A stretch of DNA of 39,126 nt from a virus (lineage: Duplodnaviria > Caudoviricetes). Below are positions 24,768-34,007 of the stretch, one piece after another (positions within the stretch are counted from its first letter, which is position 1; the number at the start of each line of letters is the position of its first letter). The DNA lies in the IMG/VR virus record IMGVR_UViG_3300027963_000140, positions 1 to 39,126 of that record, one strand, 5' to 3'. The notes under the pieces are model-generated. The model had not been told where the DNA came from, did no database searches, and saw nothing but the letters and a program-made list of their open reading frames with translations. A program made the translations under genes and the position numbers.

Positions 24768-25459
24768 GGCGTGAATTTCTCCACCGCCACCAGCGGATCG
24801 TCGTAATACACACGAGTCAATTCGACGCCGGACGCATTGTGGGCAGCGACCGAGTATCGGTACTCACCTGGCACCAGTGCGCCCGAGGTCGCCCGAGGCA
24901 TCTCGCAGGTGAGCGACCATTTCCCCGATCCGATGTCAGCAGCGGTGCCAGTGACCGCGAACAGATTGGTCCCGTTTTTTCCCCCGAAGTGGACGGTCAC
25001 AGCACCAGGCGACATGCCTGGGATCGCGGAAATTGTCCAGACGAATGCGGTGCCATGGGCGGACAGGTAATCATCGCCGATGACAATCTGGTCGACGGTT
25101 CCTTTCGCTGTGACTGGGCCAGCATAGGACACCTTACCAGCGGTGATCGTGTTGGTTTTGGCGGCGATCACATCTTCGAGCGAAAGGTAACGAGCATGCT
25201 CGACCGGAATGACTTGGACATTCGCCGTCGAAGACTCGGGGAAGAAGTCTGCGGTGGTGCCGTTGGTCTCTCCGCTGGTAACATCAAAAAGGTAATAGCC
25301 GTCCTCCATCTCGGTCGGATTTGTATCGGCCAGAGCGACTCGGGCCCCACCATCGAGCGACACTTTGCAGGTGATCTGCGCAGCACCGCCGGTCACCGGA
25401 GCATTAGTTGTCCGATTGAAGGCGAAGACCTTGAGCGTGCCTGCGGTGTTGCGGTACAT
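24764..25459 (-). CDS. Virion structural protein with Ig-like domains
   Basis: Thr/Gly-rich beta sequence; PTEMEDGYYLFD; BppU-like C-terminus. Confidence 0.6.
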   Translation of the reverse strand: MYRNTAGTLKVFAFNRTTNAPVTGGAAQITCKVSLDGGARVALADTNPTEMEDGYYLFDVTSGETNGTTADFFPESSTANVQVIPVEHARYLSLEDVIAAKTNTITAGKVSYAGPVTAKGTVDQIVIGDDYLSAHGTAFVWTISAIPGMSPGAVTVHFGGKNGTNLFAVTGTAADIGSGKWSLTCEMPRATSGALVPGEYRYSVAAHNASGVELTRVYYDDPLVAVEKFTP

Positions 25460-25479
25460 GGTGAAATCCTGGGAATCAA

Positions 25480-25896
25480 TTAGGTTATGGTCAGCAAACC
25501 ATTGACTTGGTCGAAATCGATGGTGAGCGTTTCGCCGGATGCGAGCGTGATGCTAGATCCGTAGTCGTACCAACCGATGAGCGGCTTGGCCGGGCTCGTC
25601 TGCGTGTCGTTGTAGATCACGACATAGCGGAACGGTCCAACCGATCCGCCGGAGGCAGTGAGCACGAGGTCGGCCAGGACCAGCTTGTACACTCCGCCTG
25701 TCTGAGTGCTGCTAGTGGTCGTGACCAGACGAGAGCTGCAATTGGTGTACGAGATCTCAGTAAGATCAGTGAGGATCGAATTCCCCGCGACCGGTGCGGT
25801 GTTGGTCAAAGCGACCCGGATCTGATTGCTCGCAAGGTTGTGTTTCGCTTCGCCGACATCTTTCGTGAAGGCGTTGAATTTATTGAAAGTCGCCAT
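25480..25896 (-). CDS. Virion structural (tail fibre/decoration) protein
   Basis: MATFNKFN...GPFRYVVIYNDT...LIGWYDYGSSITL..GET, a recurrent phage structural family. Confidence 0.75.
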   Translation of the reverse strand: MATFNKFNAFTKDVGEAKHNLASNQIRVALTNTAPVAGNSILTDLTEISYTNCSSRLVTTTSSTQTGGVYKLVLADLVLTASGGSVGPFRYVVIYNDTQTSPAKPLIGWYDYGSSITLASGETLTIDFDQVNGLLTIT

Positions 25897-25899
25897 GAT

Positions 25900-27090
25900 T
25901 TAACGGGATCCTCCGAGCAAAAACAGGTAGTAGTAAGGACCAGCACCACCGGTGCCAGTTGTGATGTTGATGGGACTAGCGACCAGAACGTATTGACCCG
26001 TCCCAGCCTTTAGGACTCGACTGCGCAGGAATCCTGCATCGAGACCACTGGCCAGATAAGCGACCGAGTCCGCAGAGATTCGGCGGCTAGCGATAAACCC
26101 AGCGGGAGTGCCGTCGAGTGTGTAGGCCGCAGCTCCTGCATCGAGCAGTCTGCCGAGCAGCGTCGCGGCATCGGTGCCGGTGCAGGAATAAGAGCCCTGG
26201 TCCGCATTGAGCACTCGCGATACTAGCAGCGGAGTTGTTTGGCCCGAGAGCAACACACTGCCGGTGTCCGCTGGTAACACTCGGCCATACAGCAGCGGGA
26301 TCGGTTGGTCGGAGAGCGAGTAAGATGCCGTCGATGCCTCGAGCAAATAAGCGATCGCGGCTTCGTAAAGAAAAAAGTTTGGCCTAGATGGACGCCCCAG
26401 AAAGCCTGGTCGCATTGCAAACAAGCTGGCAGCGCCACCGTCTGTCATGGGTCTTGACCAAACCGCTAGCTCCGCAATTCTTCCGGAAAACGGAAAGGAT
26501 TGAGAAGCGTATCCGTCGCCAATGGTGTTAAGCGCAAAGGTTCCGTTAACCATAGAAATCGGTGCTTGTCTAATCCCATTCCAAAAAAGTGTGATAGACG
26601 ACAAGGACGATGAAATTGCCGCCCCTGTTAAAACAAGGTGGTTCCATCCGGTAAAGTCGGTGACTGACGTAAACTCGACGAGGCCAGTGGTAGTGGAGAA
26701 ACGCAAGTAATTTCCGGTTCGCAGCCAAACATAGCTGGTAGTCAAAGTGCGATCACCGATTGGCATGCCGATACCACCAGGATTTTGTTTAGCCCACAGG
26801 GAAATTGTGAGCGACGTCGTGGACAGTGAGACGCGACGACTTAGTTCAACGCGATCGTTTATACCGTCGAAATCTAATACACTTCCATAACGATCTGAAA
26901 CCCAATCGGTCGGCGCATCCATGTTCGTCAATGCGCCCGCATTGTCTTCCCCGCTCAGGTCTAAGAGCTGCAGCCCAGTCGGCCCGGTCAACACAGGTGG
27001 CCAATAGCCAACCATCCCCTGCGTCAGTCGCCTGTGCCGTCGATCGAAGATTGCCGGGCCGACTTTTCCGCCCCTAGGAAATGTCAGCAT
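25900..27090 (-). CDS. LamG/ConA-like domain virion protein with C-terminal repeats
   Basis: LDFDGINDRV, TISLW, WNHLVLT and FSGRIAELAVWSR, then ~24-aa L.A..G.Y...G..A repeats. Confidence 0.8.
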   Translation of the reverse strand: MLTFPRGGKVGPAIFDRRHRRLTQGMVGYWPPVLTGPTGLQLLDLSGEDNAGALTNMDAPTDWVSDRYGSVLDFDGINDRVELSRRVSLSTTSLTISLWAKQNPGGIGMPIGDRTLTTSYVWLRTGNYLRFSTTTGLVEFTSVTDFTGWNHLVLTGAAISSSLSSITLFWNGIRQAPISMVNGTFALNTIGDGYASQSFPFSGRIAELAVWSRPMTDGGAASLFAMRPGFLGRPSRPNFFLYEAAIAYLLEASTASYSLSDQPIPLLYGRVLPADTGSVLLSGQTTPLLVSRVLNADQGSYSCTGTDAATLLGRLLDAGAAAYTLDGTPAGFIASRRISADSVAYLASGLDAGFLRSRVLKAGTGQYVLVASPINITTGTGGAGPYYYLFLLGGSR

Positions 27091-27091
27091 G

Positions 27092-27526
27092 CTAACTTTG
27101 GAATGTCCTAGGTCGAAGCCGCAATGTGTTGCCAGTGGATGCAAAAGCCTGGCCGGTGCCTGCATTGCGAACTAGCGGACGAATCGGGCCTGGTGGTATA
27201 TCGATCACTGGCACTATGATTCGCTGAGCGGTGGTCACGTTGGTGATCGTAAAAATGATGTCAGGTGGGCGGTTTGGCGTAACCGTCGCCGAGCCCATTT
27301 CGAAGTTGGTTCCGTCGATCTCGCGTAGTAACCAGACGTAGATGGGCGTGTTCGCTGTCGGTGCGGTGCCAAAGGTCACGAGCAGCTCTGCCTCGGCATC
27401 TAGGTAACCAGCACTAGAAAGCGTCACGCTGGTTGCATGAACCGCGTTGGAATTGTTCGATAAGCTGTTTAGCTCGGTGCTAAGCAGCGTGTCTGCGGTG
27501 CCTCTCAGTTGAGTAATCGTGGGCAT
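27092..27526 (-). CDS. Virion structural protein
   Basis: Beta-rich, Thr-rich, immediately before the LamG gene. Confidence 0.65.
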   Translation of the reverse strand: MPTITQLRGTADTLLSTELNSLSNNSNAVHATSVTLSSAGYLDAEAELLVTFGTAPTANTPIYVWLLREIDGTNFEMGSATVTPNRPPDIIFTITNVTTAQRIIVPVIDIPPGPIRPLVRNAGTGQAFASTGNTLRLRPRTFQS

Positions 27527-27978
27527 TAGCTAGGAACCTTTCCGTCGGGTCGGTATTCCGACCACGCCTCAGAAACCTCCGAGGCTGTGATGTGGGAAGT
27601 TGTGAGCGAAAGATTGATCAGGGCTTGGTACTCGGGATCCGATAGAGCCATGCCATCTTGGCGGATTTCGTCGATTAAAGCTAAGAACTCAGCCTCGGCA
27701 AAGTCAAAGCCACCTTCGGCCGGTTTCATCCATCCGAGCACGCGATGAACGATCGGCCCGAACATGCCGTCATACATCGACAATTTTTGCAGGATAGACT
27801 CGGCCATCGCAGATCCAAGGCGGTCGTACAGTCCACGCTCGGTCAGGACTGTTTCGGTACGCGTCGGCGTGGCAATCGCAGTGCACCTGTTTGCGCAGCC
27901 GAGATCGTCTCCACGGTCAGCCATTTGCTTGGCAACCGCATCGGAATGAATTAGGGCTCGGAGTTGTGCTGGTGTCAT
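27526..27978 (-). CDS. Hypothetical protein (late operon)
   Basis: Coupled to both neighbours. Confidence 0.7.
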   Translation of the reverse strand: MTPAQLRALIHSDAVAKQMADRGDDLGCANRCTAIATPTRTETVLTERGLYDRLGSAMAESILQKLSMYDGMFGPIVHRVLGWMKPAEGGFDFAEAEFLALIDEIRQDGMALSDPEYQALINLSLTTSHITASEVSEAWSEYRPDGKVPS

Positions 27979-28196
27979 TTCTTTGGTAGCGTCACATAGT
28001 GGACGGGTAATCCCTCACGCAACTGGTGTAGTTCCGAGCGGGTGATGCTTGGCTTCTCGACAGCGGTGCGGTACGGGTGAAAATCTGTGCGTCTGTATGG
28101 GCGAGCTCGCTTGGGTCGGTGGATGTTGGCAATTAAAGTCATCAGGTCACTGGTGCGATCCCAGCGGTCTTTGTTGATCTCGTCAGACATCCACAT
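27975..28196 (-). CDS. Tail assembly chaperone, T-like part
   Basis: The frame stays open upstream of the Met (…IGIEPGPYTLRELMWM) and overlaps the G-like ORF in the -1 frame; ANIHR...DFHPY. Confidence 0.65.
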   Translation of the reverse strand: MWMSDEINKDRWDRTSDLMTLIANIHRPKRARPYRRTDFHPYRTAVEKPSITRSELHQLREGLPVHYVTLPKK

Positions 28197-28243
28197 TAGC
28201 TCTCGCAGTGTGTATGGGCCTGGCTCGATCCCGATGCGGGCTG

Positions 28244-28744
28244 CTAGTCGGAGGATGGTTGGCCAGTACTCGAAACGGGCTTGCCCATCGCTTTCTCGAT
28301 CAGTTGATCCAAAGTCGTCAGTTGTTCCTGAATCCCCTTCTCCAGCAGTCCCTCGTCCATCGCGTTGGTGATCCGCAATGCTGTCTGATTCTGGAGTGCT
28401 CGTCCGGCCTCGATGATTCGCCGAGCGGTGGCTCGGCGTTTGGACTCCGGGAGGAATTCCACCAGTGCTTCCTCAAATGCGGTGATAGCCTGACCGAGAG
28501 CGTCGCCAGCGAGGGACTGGCCAAACATCTCGGGAGATACTCCAATTTTCTCAGCGACGGGTCGGCAGATCTCATAGATCACATCGATCGTCAGGACGAT
28601 GTCGGAAGTAAGCCGTTCGATCGTATCGGGAGAGGCCAATGCAGTGGCTAGATCAATCGAAAAGGCAGTGCGGACGCGACGGATGACGTCAACGTCGATG
28701 CGAAGATCCCAAGAGCGGGATTCGCAATCCTTAAAACTGGGCAT
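28244..28744 (-). CDS. Tail assembly chaperone, G-like
   Basis: Follows the tail tube gene; EEALVEFLP motif. Confidence 0.7.
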   Translation of the reverse strand: MPSFKDCESRSWDLRIDVDVIRRVRTAFSIDLATALASPDTIERLTSDIVLTIDVIYEICRPVAEKIGVSPEMFGQSLAGDALGQAITAFEEALVEFLPESKRRATARRIIEAGRALQNQTALRITNAMDEGLLEKGIQEQLTTLDQLIEKAMGKPVSSTGQPSSD

Positions 28745-28780
28745 GGTCGAGTTGCCTTCGTTGGGATCGAGGGATTGAAA

Positions 28781-29026
28781 TTATCGAATGAACCGGATCG
28801 CTCGGATAGTGCTACGAATGATCGTGAATTGCGTGACGTTTATGTCGTCGCCTCGAAATCGCGTTTTTGGATCCGAGTAAACCCAGGAGGCGACGACGAT
28901 GTGGTCTTTGTGGTTGACGATCACTCGCCCATAAACGGTGAAGTCCATTGGTTCCTGAGATGCCTCGGCATGATCTAAGAACTCAATTGCGACTTCGTCG
29001 CCTTTGCGGACTCGTGGTAGTGGCAT
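28781..29026 (-). CDS. Hypothetical protein
   Basis: Small ORF between the tail tube and chaperone genes. Confidence 0.6.
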   Translation of the reverse strand: MPLPRVRKGDEVAIEFLDHAEASQEPMDFTVYGRVIVNHKDHIVVASWVYSDPKTRFRGDDINVTQFTIIRSTIRAIRFIR

Positions 29027-29068
29027 GGCCGACCCCGCAACAATGGAACGATCAGTGATTCACATGGA

Positions 29069-29569
29069 CTAGGCTGACGGTGCGACAATCAACCAAGCTG
29101 GATCGACGATGGCGGCTGGTGAGCCAACCTTGATTCGGGACAGTGCAACGACGATGTCGATCTTCATCCCGTCTTCGAGCGGTTGATCGATCGGGAATTC
29201 CATGATCTCGCCGGGCATGGTTAGGCCTTGGGCACCAGACGGACCAGGGCTCGTGATGACGTTGTCCAGCACAGCCCAGTGCCAAATTGTTCGATTGATG
29301 AACGCTTGACGCATCGCAGTGAATACCGCGTCATCTGGATCGCCGTTGTACTGGTAGCTGAAATTGATCGCAGCTTCGATCAAACCGGAGATCTTGGCCT
29401 TGTATTGACTAGCTCGCGAGGTGATGTCAATCGCGGTCTTGTTCAACGTGACATTGAGGTCTTTGACCTCGGTCACAAGCGTGGGCGAGGAGGTGCTGAA
29501 CGTGGCCGCGACGGCAGTCTGGTAGTACAGCTTGCATTCGATCCCTGCGCGTGGTCCCTTGTTTGGCAT
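29069..29569 (-). CDS. Major tail (tube) protein
   Basis: VKDLNVTL..IDITSR..K..GL..FPIDQPLED is a siphovirus tube-protein pattern; synteny fits. Confidence 0.85.
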   Translation of the reverse strand: MPNKGPRAGIECKLYYQTAVAATFSTSSPTLVTEVKDLNVTLNKTAIDITSRASQYKAKISGLIEAAINFSYQYNGDPDDAVFTAMRQAFINRTIWHWAVLDNVITSPGPSGAQGLTMPGEIMEFPIDQPLEDGMKIDIVVALSRIKVGSPAAIVDPAWLIVAPSA

Positions 29570-29584
29570 GATTCTCTCTTTCGG

Positions 29585-30025
29585 TTAGGATCGGTGTTTG
29601 AAGTACGCGGTGATGACGGAGCGGAACGCACCGTGTCGCTCGAGTGCCTGGACGTCGTACAGGCTGATTTCTGATCGCGACCATGTGCCCGAGACGATGT
29701 CAGCGGAAGCTAACGCAGCGTCGATCAAATCGGTCAGGTCCAACAGTTGTTTGAATCGTTCGGAGTCTTTGGTGGCGGTCTGGATGACAGCCACCTGGAC
29801 CGCGAGCTCGTGTTCTCGTCGTGTTCGCGATAGGTTTGTCGAGTTTGCTTGCCGTGGTGCCAACACGATCCGAAGAGCTACAAGGTCTTCGGGCATGAAG
29901 CGTGGCAGGTAATCGATTTGGTATTGATCGCCGTCCAGAGCTGCGTTGGTCTCTGGGTCAGCGATCGCAGCAGCAATGAGAGCGGCGCGACAATCGGCGA
30001 TAAGTTGTCGGACTGGTGCTGTCAT
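29585..30025 (-). CDS. Tail terminator-like protein
   Basis: Synteny (immediately before the tube gene) and size. Confidence 0.7.
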   Translation of the reverse strand: MTAPVRQLIADCRAALIAAAIADPETNAALDGDQYQIDYLPRFMPEDLVALRIVLAPRQANSTNLSRTRREHELAVQVAVIQTATKDSERFKQLLDLTDLIDAALASADIVSGTWSRSEISLYDVQALERHGAFRSVITAYFKHRS

Positions 30026-30366
30026 TGCTGCTTGGTGTGGATTCGCATTAGGTTTTCACCTGGGTCTGAAAATCGCCACACTGGCTCGCCGGTCATCGAG
30101 CGAACGATGTAGGTCTTGCCATTGTCGGTGATTCGGTCCCCGTCTTCGGGATCTTCGTCAAAGGGCCAGTCGGTCTCGGCGACTAGGTAGTCGCGACTAA
30201 CGGTCCGATGGATGATCCCCTCGGTGTCTGAGGCTTCGAAGGGAGTCGATCCCCGCGTGGCCTTGAATGTCTTTTGAATCTTGCGTTTTGTGTACGTGAT
30301 CATCTGGCCAGCATGGTGCGTGAGCGAACTGGCCATGTGCGCGGTCCCAGCGTCGAGCATGCCCAT
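30022..30366 (-). CDS. Head closure / head-tail joining protein (gpFII-like)
   Basis: ITY..AT.G..RDYLV..P.DGDRI..RIHTK pattern. Confidence 0.75.
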   Translation of the reverse strand: MGMLDAGTAHMASSLTHHAGQMITYTKRKIQKTFKATRGSTPFEASDTEGIIHRTVSRDYLVAETDWPFDEDPEDGDRITDNGKTYIVRSMTGEPVWRFSDPGENLMRIHTKQQ

Positions 30367-30369
30367 GAG

Positions 30370-30702
30370 CTATTCCTTTGGGGCCTTGGGTAGCTTGGGT
30401 GGGACGAGCACAAACACTTTGACTGAGGTCTGGGCGGCTGCGTCTTTGAGCTTTTGAACTGCCTCGTCGCCCATGGCTTTGAGGTACTCTTTGGCCCAAC
30501 TGACGGAAGCTTTCCCAGGTTGCAAAGCGAGAGTGAACCCGCTTCGCGTGATTTTCGACTTGCCGGACTTTCGCAGCTCGGCTTCGAGTTGTTCTTCGAT
30601 CTGGCCTTGCCGATCCTTGATGGTCGTCAGTTCTCGCTGCATGGCAGATCGCCTTGCTTCAAGATCGGACCATTCCTTAAGATCGGCTTCTTTGATGGCC
30701 AT
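30370..30702 (-). CDS. Coiled-coil protein, Mu Gam/Gp157-like
   Basis: N-terminal coiled coil, then KSKITRSGFTLAL..GKASVSW. Confidence 0.5.
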   Translation of the reverse strand: MAIKEADLKEWSDLEARRSAMQRELTTIKDRQGQIEEQLEAELRKSGKSKITRSGFTLALQPGKASVSWAKEYLKAMGDEAVQKLKDAAAQTSVKVFVLVPPKLPKAPKE

Positions 30703-30711
30703 TGTGGTTGG

Positions 30712-31068
30712 TTAGACTGCTGCTCGGTTCAGGTCGACATCAACGGTCAGTGTTCCGCTTCCCGCGGCAACCACAGCGCGGCCCAGGAGGATGTTGCTGG
30801 CGTCAGCAGCTCCAGAGGCCTTGACGGTGACGAGCTGCGTCGCGGTGGCTAGCTGGAGACGGTCACCGGCAGCGATGACAGTGCCAGAGGCCTTGTCGCA
30901 GGTGACGACGCCAAAGACGCGAGCGTTGCCAACCTTGCCGTTTTTCACGCCAGCTAGGCCTTCGACAATCCCGGCCAGGCCGTCAGCGGTCTGGACGATG
31001 GCTCCGTTGACAGTGTCCGCACCAGCGGTGAATTGGCGAAAGTCGCCGTCTTGTTTGTAAGTTGCCAT
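30712..31068 (-). CDS. Capsid cement/decoration protein (DUF2190-like)
   Basis: MATYKQDG...G.A...GV....KAS...GRAVVAA...V.V.LN. Confidence 0.85.
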   Translation of the reverse strand: MATYKQDGDFRQFTAGADTVNGAIVQTADGLAGIVEGLAGVKNGKVGNARVFGVVTCDKASGTVIAAGDRLQLATATQLVTVKASGAADASNILLGRAVVAAGSGTLTVDVDLNRAAV

Positions 31069-31111
31069 GGTTCTCTTGTGGGGCTATGGATGAAGGGTGA
31101 TGGTAGGCGCG

Positions 31112-31657
31112 TTACTTCTTGCGAGGACGCTTGGGAGGCTTGGGGCGGATCACATCGGCGCTGATTGCCTCTGCCTCTGGCTCGTCTGATTCGTCAGGCT
31201 CGTCAGACTCGTCAGCGGGCGAGGGTTGAGGATCTGCCGGGGCTTTTGCGGGATCTTCCGACACTTCCTCACCCCATTCGCGTTGGATGAGGCACTCAGC
31301 ACTGATGGGACTGGAGTCGGTGTCAAAAACATGTCCCGCAGGGAATGTCTGGCCATCAAACGAGACGGCTTGTCGAAACTTCTTGCGAGGACGCTTGGGA
31401 GGCTTGGGGCGGATCACATCGGCGCTGATTGCCTCTGCCTCTGGCTCGTCTGATTCGTCAGGCTCGTCAGACTCGTCAGCGGGCGAGGGTTGAGGATCTG
31501 CCGGGGCTTTTGCGGGATCTTCCGACACTTCCTCACCCCATTCGCGTTGGATGAGGCACTCAGCACTGATGGGACTGGAGTCGGTGTCAAAAACATGTCC
31601 CGCAGGGAATGTCTGGCCATCAAACGAGACGGCTTGTCGAAGTCGGATTTTTGGCAT
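31112..31657 (-). CDS. Small head-associated protein with an internal 88-aa duplication
   Basis: Follows the capsid gene; two identical 88-aa units. Confidence 0.7.
   Translation of the reverse strand: MPKIRLRQAVSFDGQTFPAGHVFDTDSSPISAECLIQREWGEEVSEDPAKAPADPQPSPADESDEPDESDEPEAEAISADVIRPKPPKRPRKKFRQAVSFDGQTFPAGHVFDTDSSPISAECLIQREWGEEVSEDPAKAPADPQPSPADESDEPDESDEPEAEAISADVIRPKPPKRPRKK
31114..31641. repeat. Perfect 2 x 264-bp tandem duplication
   Basis: 31114-31377 and 31378-31641 appear identical. Confidence 0.95.
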
Positions 31658-31692
31658 GAGAAATTTGGTCGAGAAAAAAAAGGATGAAACTA

Positions 31693-31714
31693 ACGCAGGG
31701 CCGAGACCCTGCGT
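31693..31714 (-). terminator. Hairpin after the capsid gene (possible terminator or mRNA stabiliser)
   Basis: ACGCAGGG-CCGAGA-CCCTGCGT; the minus-strand T tract is offset ~10 nt downstream. Confidence 0.45.
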
Positions 31715-31736
31715 GATGGAATCGTCAGGTCAGCAA

Positions 31737-33962
31737 CTAGGCTGCGTAGCGGGTGAATCCTCGCCAATCGAGGAAGTACGCTCCGATGTAGTGGCGGACA
31801 TCGATCACGATGCCAAACTCACCGCCGACCAAAGTCTCGGTGCGGACGACAGGCACTCGGCCAGCACCTTGGAGGTAAGCGACTTCGATCGTTCGAGCGG
31901 CCTTCGAGACGCTGTAGTAGGTCGTTGCCGATCCGGCTAGAGCAGCACCGGTCACAGGGTGAACCATGCCGTTGCTGAACCGTGGCTCGCTACGTGGCGT
32001 GATGCCGTACTTCTTGATCGGGTTGATTTCACCAGACCCGCTGTCATTCGACAGGTTGGCCGAGTAGCAAAGCTGGATCGCGGTGTCCAGGAGCTCGGGC
32101 GGAACCAACAGATCCGAGACAGGCAGATTGAGCGTTGCGTCGCCATCCTTGCGTTTGGCGTGCAAGCTGATCATCTCGCTCAGCGTGGCTCGTGCCAGAG
32201 CCTTGCCAGTCGCCGTGTTGCCTTCGGTGGAGTTGAAGGCGGCGCGACCAGTTTGGAGCAGCGTCGGGTTGCTGAGGATGACAGCGGCGACCATGTCCGG
32301 ACGTAGTCGTCCAGCAGCTTGGCCGAAGTCCCTTGGGGAATCTTTGAGCTTGGAGAAGTTGTCGCCCATCAAGTCGGCTTCGTCGATCTTCAGTTGCTCG
32401 CTGAATCGAGACACTTGCGACTTCTCGGTCAAGGTGCGGCGCGATCCGTGGACAGCAGATCCACCGACGGGGTGCAGCTTCAGGCTGGGGGCGGCTTGCA
32501 TTCGATTGCGGTTATGTTCTTCGAGGTCGGGATTTTCATCCTCAGTACACCAACCTTGGCTAAAATCCTCGACTTCGGCGTACGATTCGAGCATCTTCGC
32601 TCCGATCGTCGCACCGAAGAGAACAGCCACGGTACCACTGGAGAAAGCGGCTTGAAGCATGTCCATTCGTGCGACGGGGACATCGACCCCGCGAGCCTGC
32701 AAACCGAGTCGGCAAGCGTCAACCAGGGAGCTTTCCGAGTATCGATGCGCGTCGTCCATCGTGCGTTGGCGGATCGGATCGTTGATGCCAGCTTGCAGCC
32801 AACCCGGTAGCTTGGCTTTCACATGCCGATTCGTAAATGTTGGAGAGTCAAGATTCATTCCGGCTCGCAGCATGAGACCACCTTGGATCGCTCCGAGGTC
32901 GATCGACGACTGACTGGCTCGGGAATGGATCGCAGGGCCTCGTGGTCGAGAGTCCCGGGTGGCTTCGAGGTCTTGATGACGGCGGGCCAGCAGCTCGGTC
33001 TGATCGCCGGTCAAGCCAGCCTCAATCGCGTGAGCCGCCAGATCGACATTCTTGCCAGCGACCATCACGGTCGGGTTGCCGAACTTAGCACAGAGCGATG
33101 TGACTTCGCCGACTCGCTTGGTTTCAGCAGCCATTTGCGAGCGGTAGGCGGTCAGATCCAGACTGCCAGCAGCGGTCAGGTCAGACGAGGCGGAAGAAGC
33201 AGCAGCGGTCGCAGGCTTGGCCATAGGTGGCTCCGTGGGTTGAGAAGCGGTTGCAGTGGGAGGTTGCTGTGCGGGGTCAGCAGGGGCGGACGCATCCATG
33301 GGAGGCTCGATGCTATCGGCATAGGAGACTTGCAGGGCGGCTTTGGCCTCGGGCGAAAGAGTCGCAGGATCGAATCCGAGAGAGGTGCAGTATTGTTCAA
33401 AAGTTGGCATGTTTGTTGTGGCCGAGGCGGCAATAGAGACTGAGGATTCTGGGTCGCCTGGAATCGTTACCAGGGAGACCTCTTTGAGTTGCGATCGTTT
33501 CACGACGAGGACCGGCCCCTCGAAAGTGCGTCCATTGCACTGGAGGGTCTGACCCTGAGGAATCGTGGAATAGGTGAGGATCTTCACGCCGACCGATGGT
33601 CGCCAAGGAAATCCGTTTCTTGCTCCCGAGACAATCTCCTGCTGATCCACCGATGGGACCGAGAACACTCCGGTGACGGAGAGCTGGGTTCCGTCGTTGG
33701 ACACAGCGGTCAAGTGACCGACAGGCCTGGATTCGTCGTGGTCTCGATGCACTGGTCCGACCGGTGCGTCAAGGCCTGCTAGGTCAATCACCACCGGGCC
33801 GTTCCACTGGATTGCAAGCTTGGGATGCATCACACCCCCGGTATAGGCGATCCCACTAAAACTGGGCAGCGCGTCGGGGGTGTTAGGATCTGCGGCTTGC
33901 AACTCGATGGAGCTGCCACTGGTGCGGAGTTCCAAGTTGCGGGCCCGGGTCGATTTGCTCAT
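31737..33962 (-). CDS. Prohead protease-scaffold-major capsid fusion (Mu gpT-like capsid domain)
   Basis: AYTGG, RDHD, GFPWRPSVG and LKEVSLV protease motifs; Pro/Ala linker; LLVPPEL, IEVAYLQG and DWRG capsid motifs. Confidence 0.92.
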   Translation of the reverse strand: MSKSTRARNLELRTSGSSIELQAADPNTPDALPSFSGIAYTGGVMHPKLAIQWNGPVVIDLAGLDAPVGPVHRDHDESRPVGHLTAVSNDGTQLSVTGVFSVPSVDQQEIVSGARNGFPWRPSVGVKILTYSTIPQGQTLQCNGRTFEGPVLVVKRSQLKEVSLVTIPGDPESSVSIAASATTNMPTFEQYCTSLGFDPATLSPEAKAALQVSYADSIEPPMDASAPADPAQQPPTATASQPTEPPMAKPATAAASSASSDLTAAGSLDLTAYRSQMAAETKRVGEVTSLCAKFGNPTVMVAGKNVDLAAHAIEAGLTGDQTELLARRHQDLEATRDSRPRGPAIHSRASQSSIDLGAIQGGLMLRAGMNLDSPTFTNRHVKAKLPGWLQAGINDPIRQRTMDDAHRYSESSLVDACRLGLQARGVDVPVARMDMLQAAFSSGTVAVLFGATIGAKMLESYAEVEDFSQGWCTEDENPDLEEHNRNRMQAAPSLKLHPVGGSAVHGSRRTLTEKSQVSRFSEQLKIDEADLMGDNFSKLKDSPRDFGQAAGRLRPDMVAAVILSNPTLLQTGRAAFNSTEGNTATGKALARATLSEMISLHAKRKDGDATLNLPVSDLLVPPELLDTAIQLCYSANLSNDSGSGEINPIKKYGITPRSEPRFSNGMVHPVTGAALAGSATTYYSVSKAARTIEVAYLQGAGRVPVVRTETLVGGEFGIVIDVRHYIGAYFLDWRGFTRYAA

Positions 33963-34007
33963 GTGGACGAGACTACCACTCGCCCTCAAAAAACCGTTCA
34001 TCGAGAG

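Noticed and set aside
19451-27526. Invertible tail-fibre cassette driven by the second recombinase
   Set aside because: All tail genes are co-oriented and no flanking inverted repeats were seen by eye; a computed repeat search is needed to exclude it fully.
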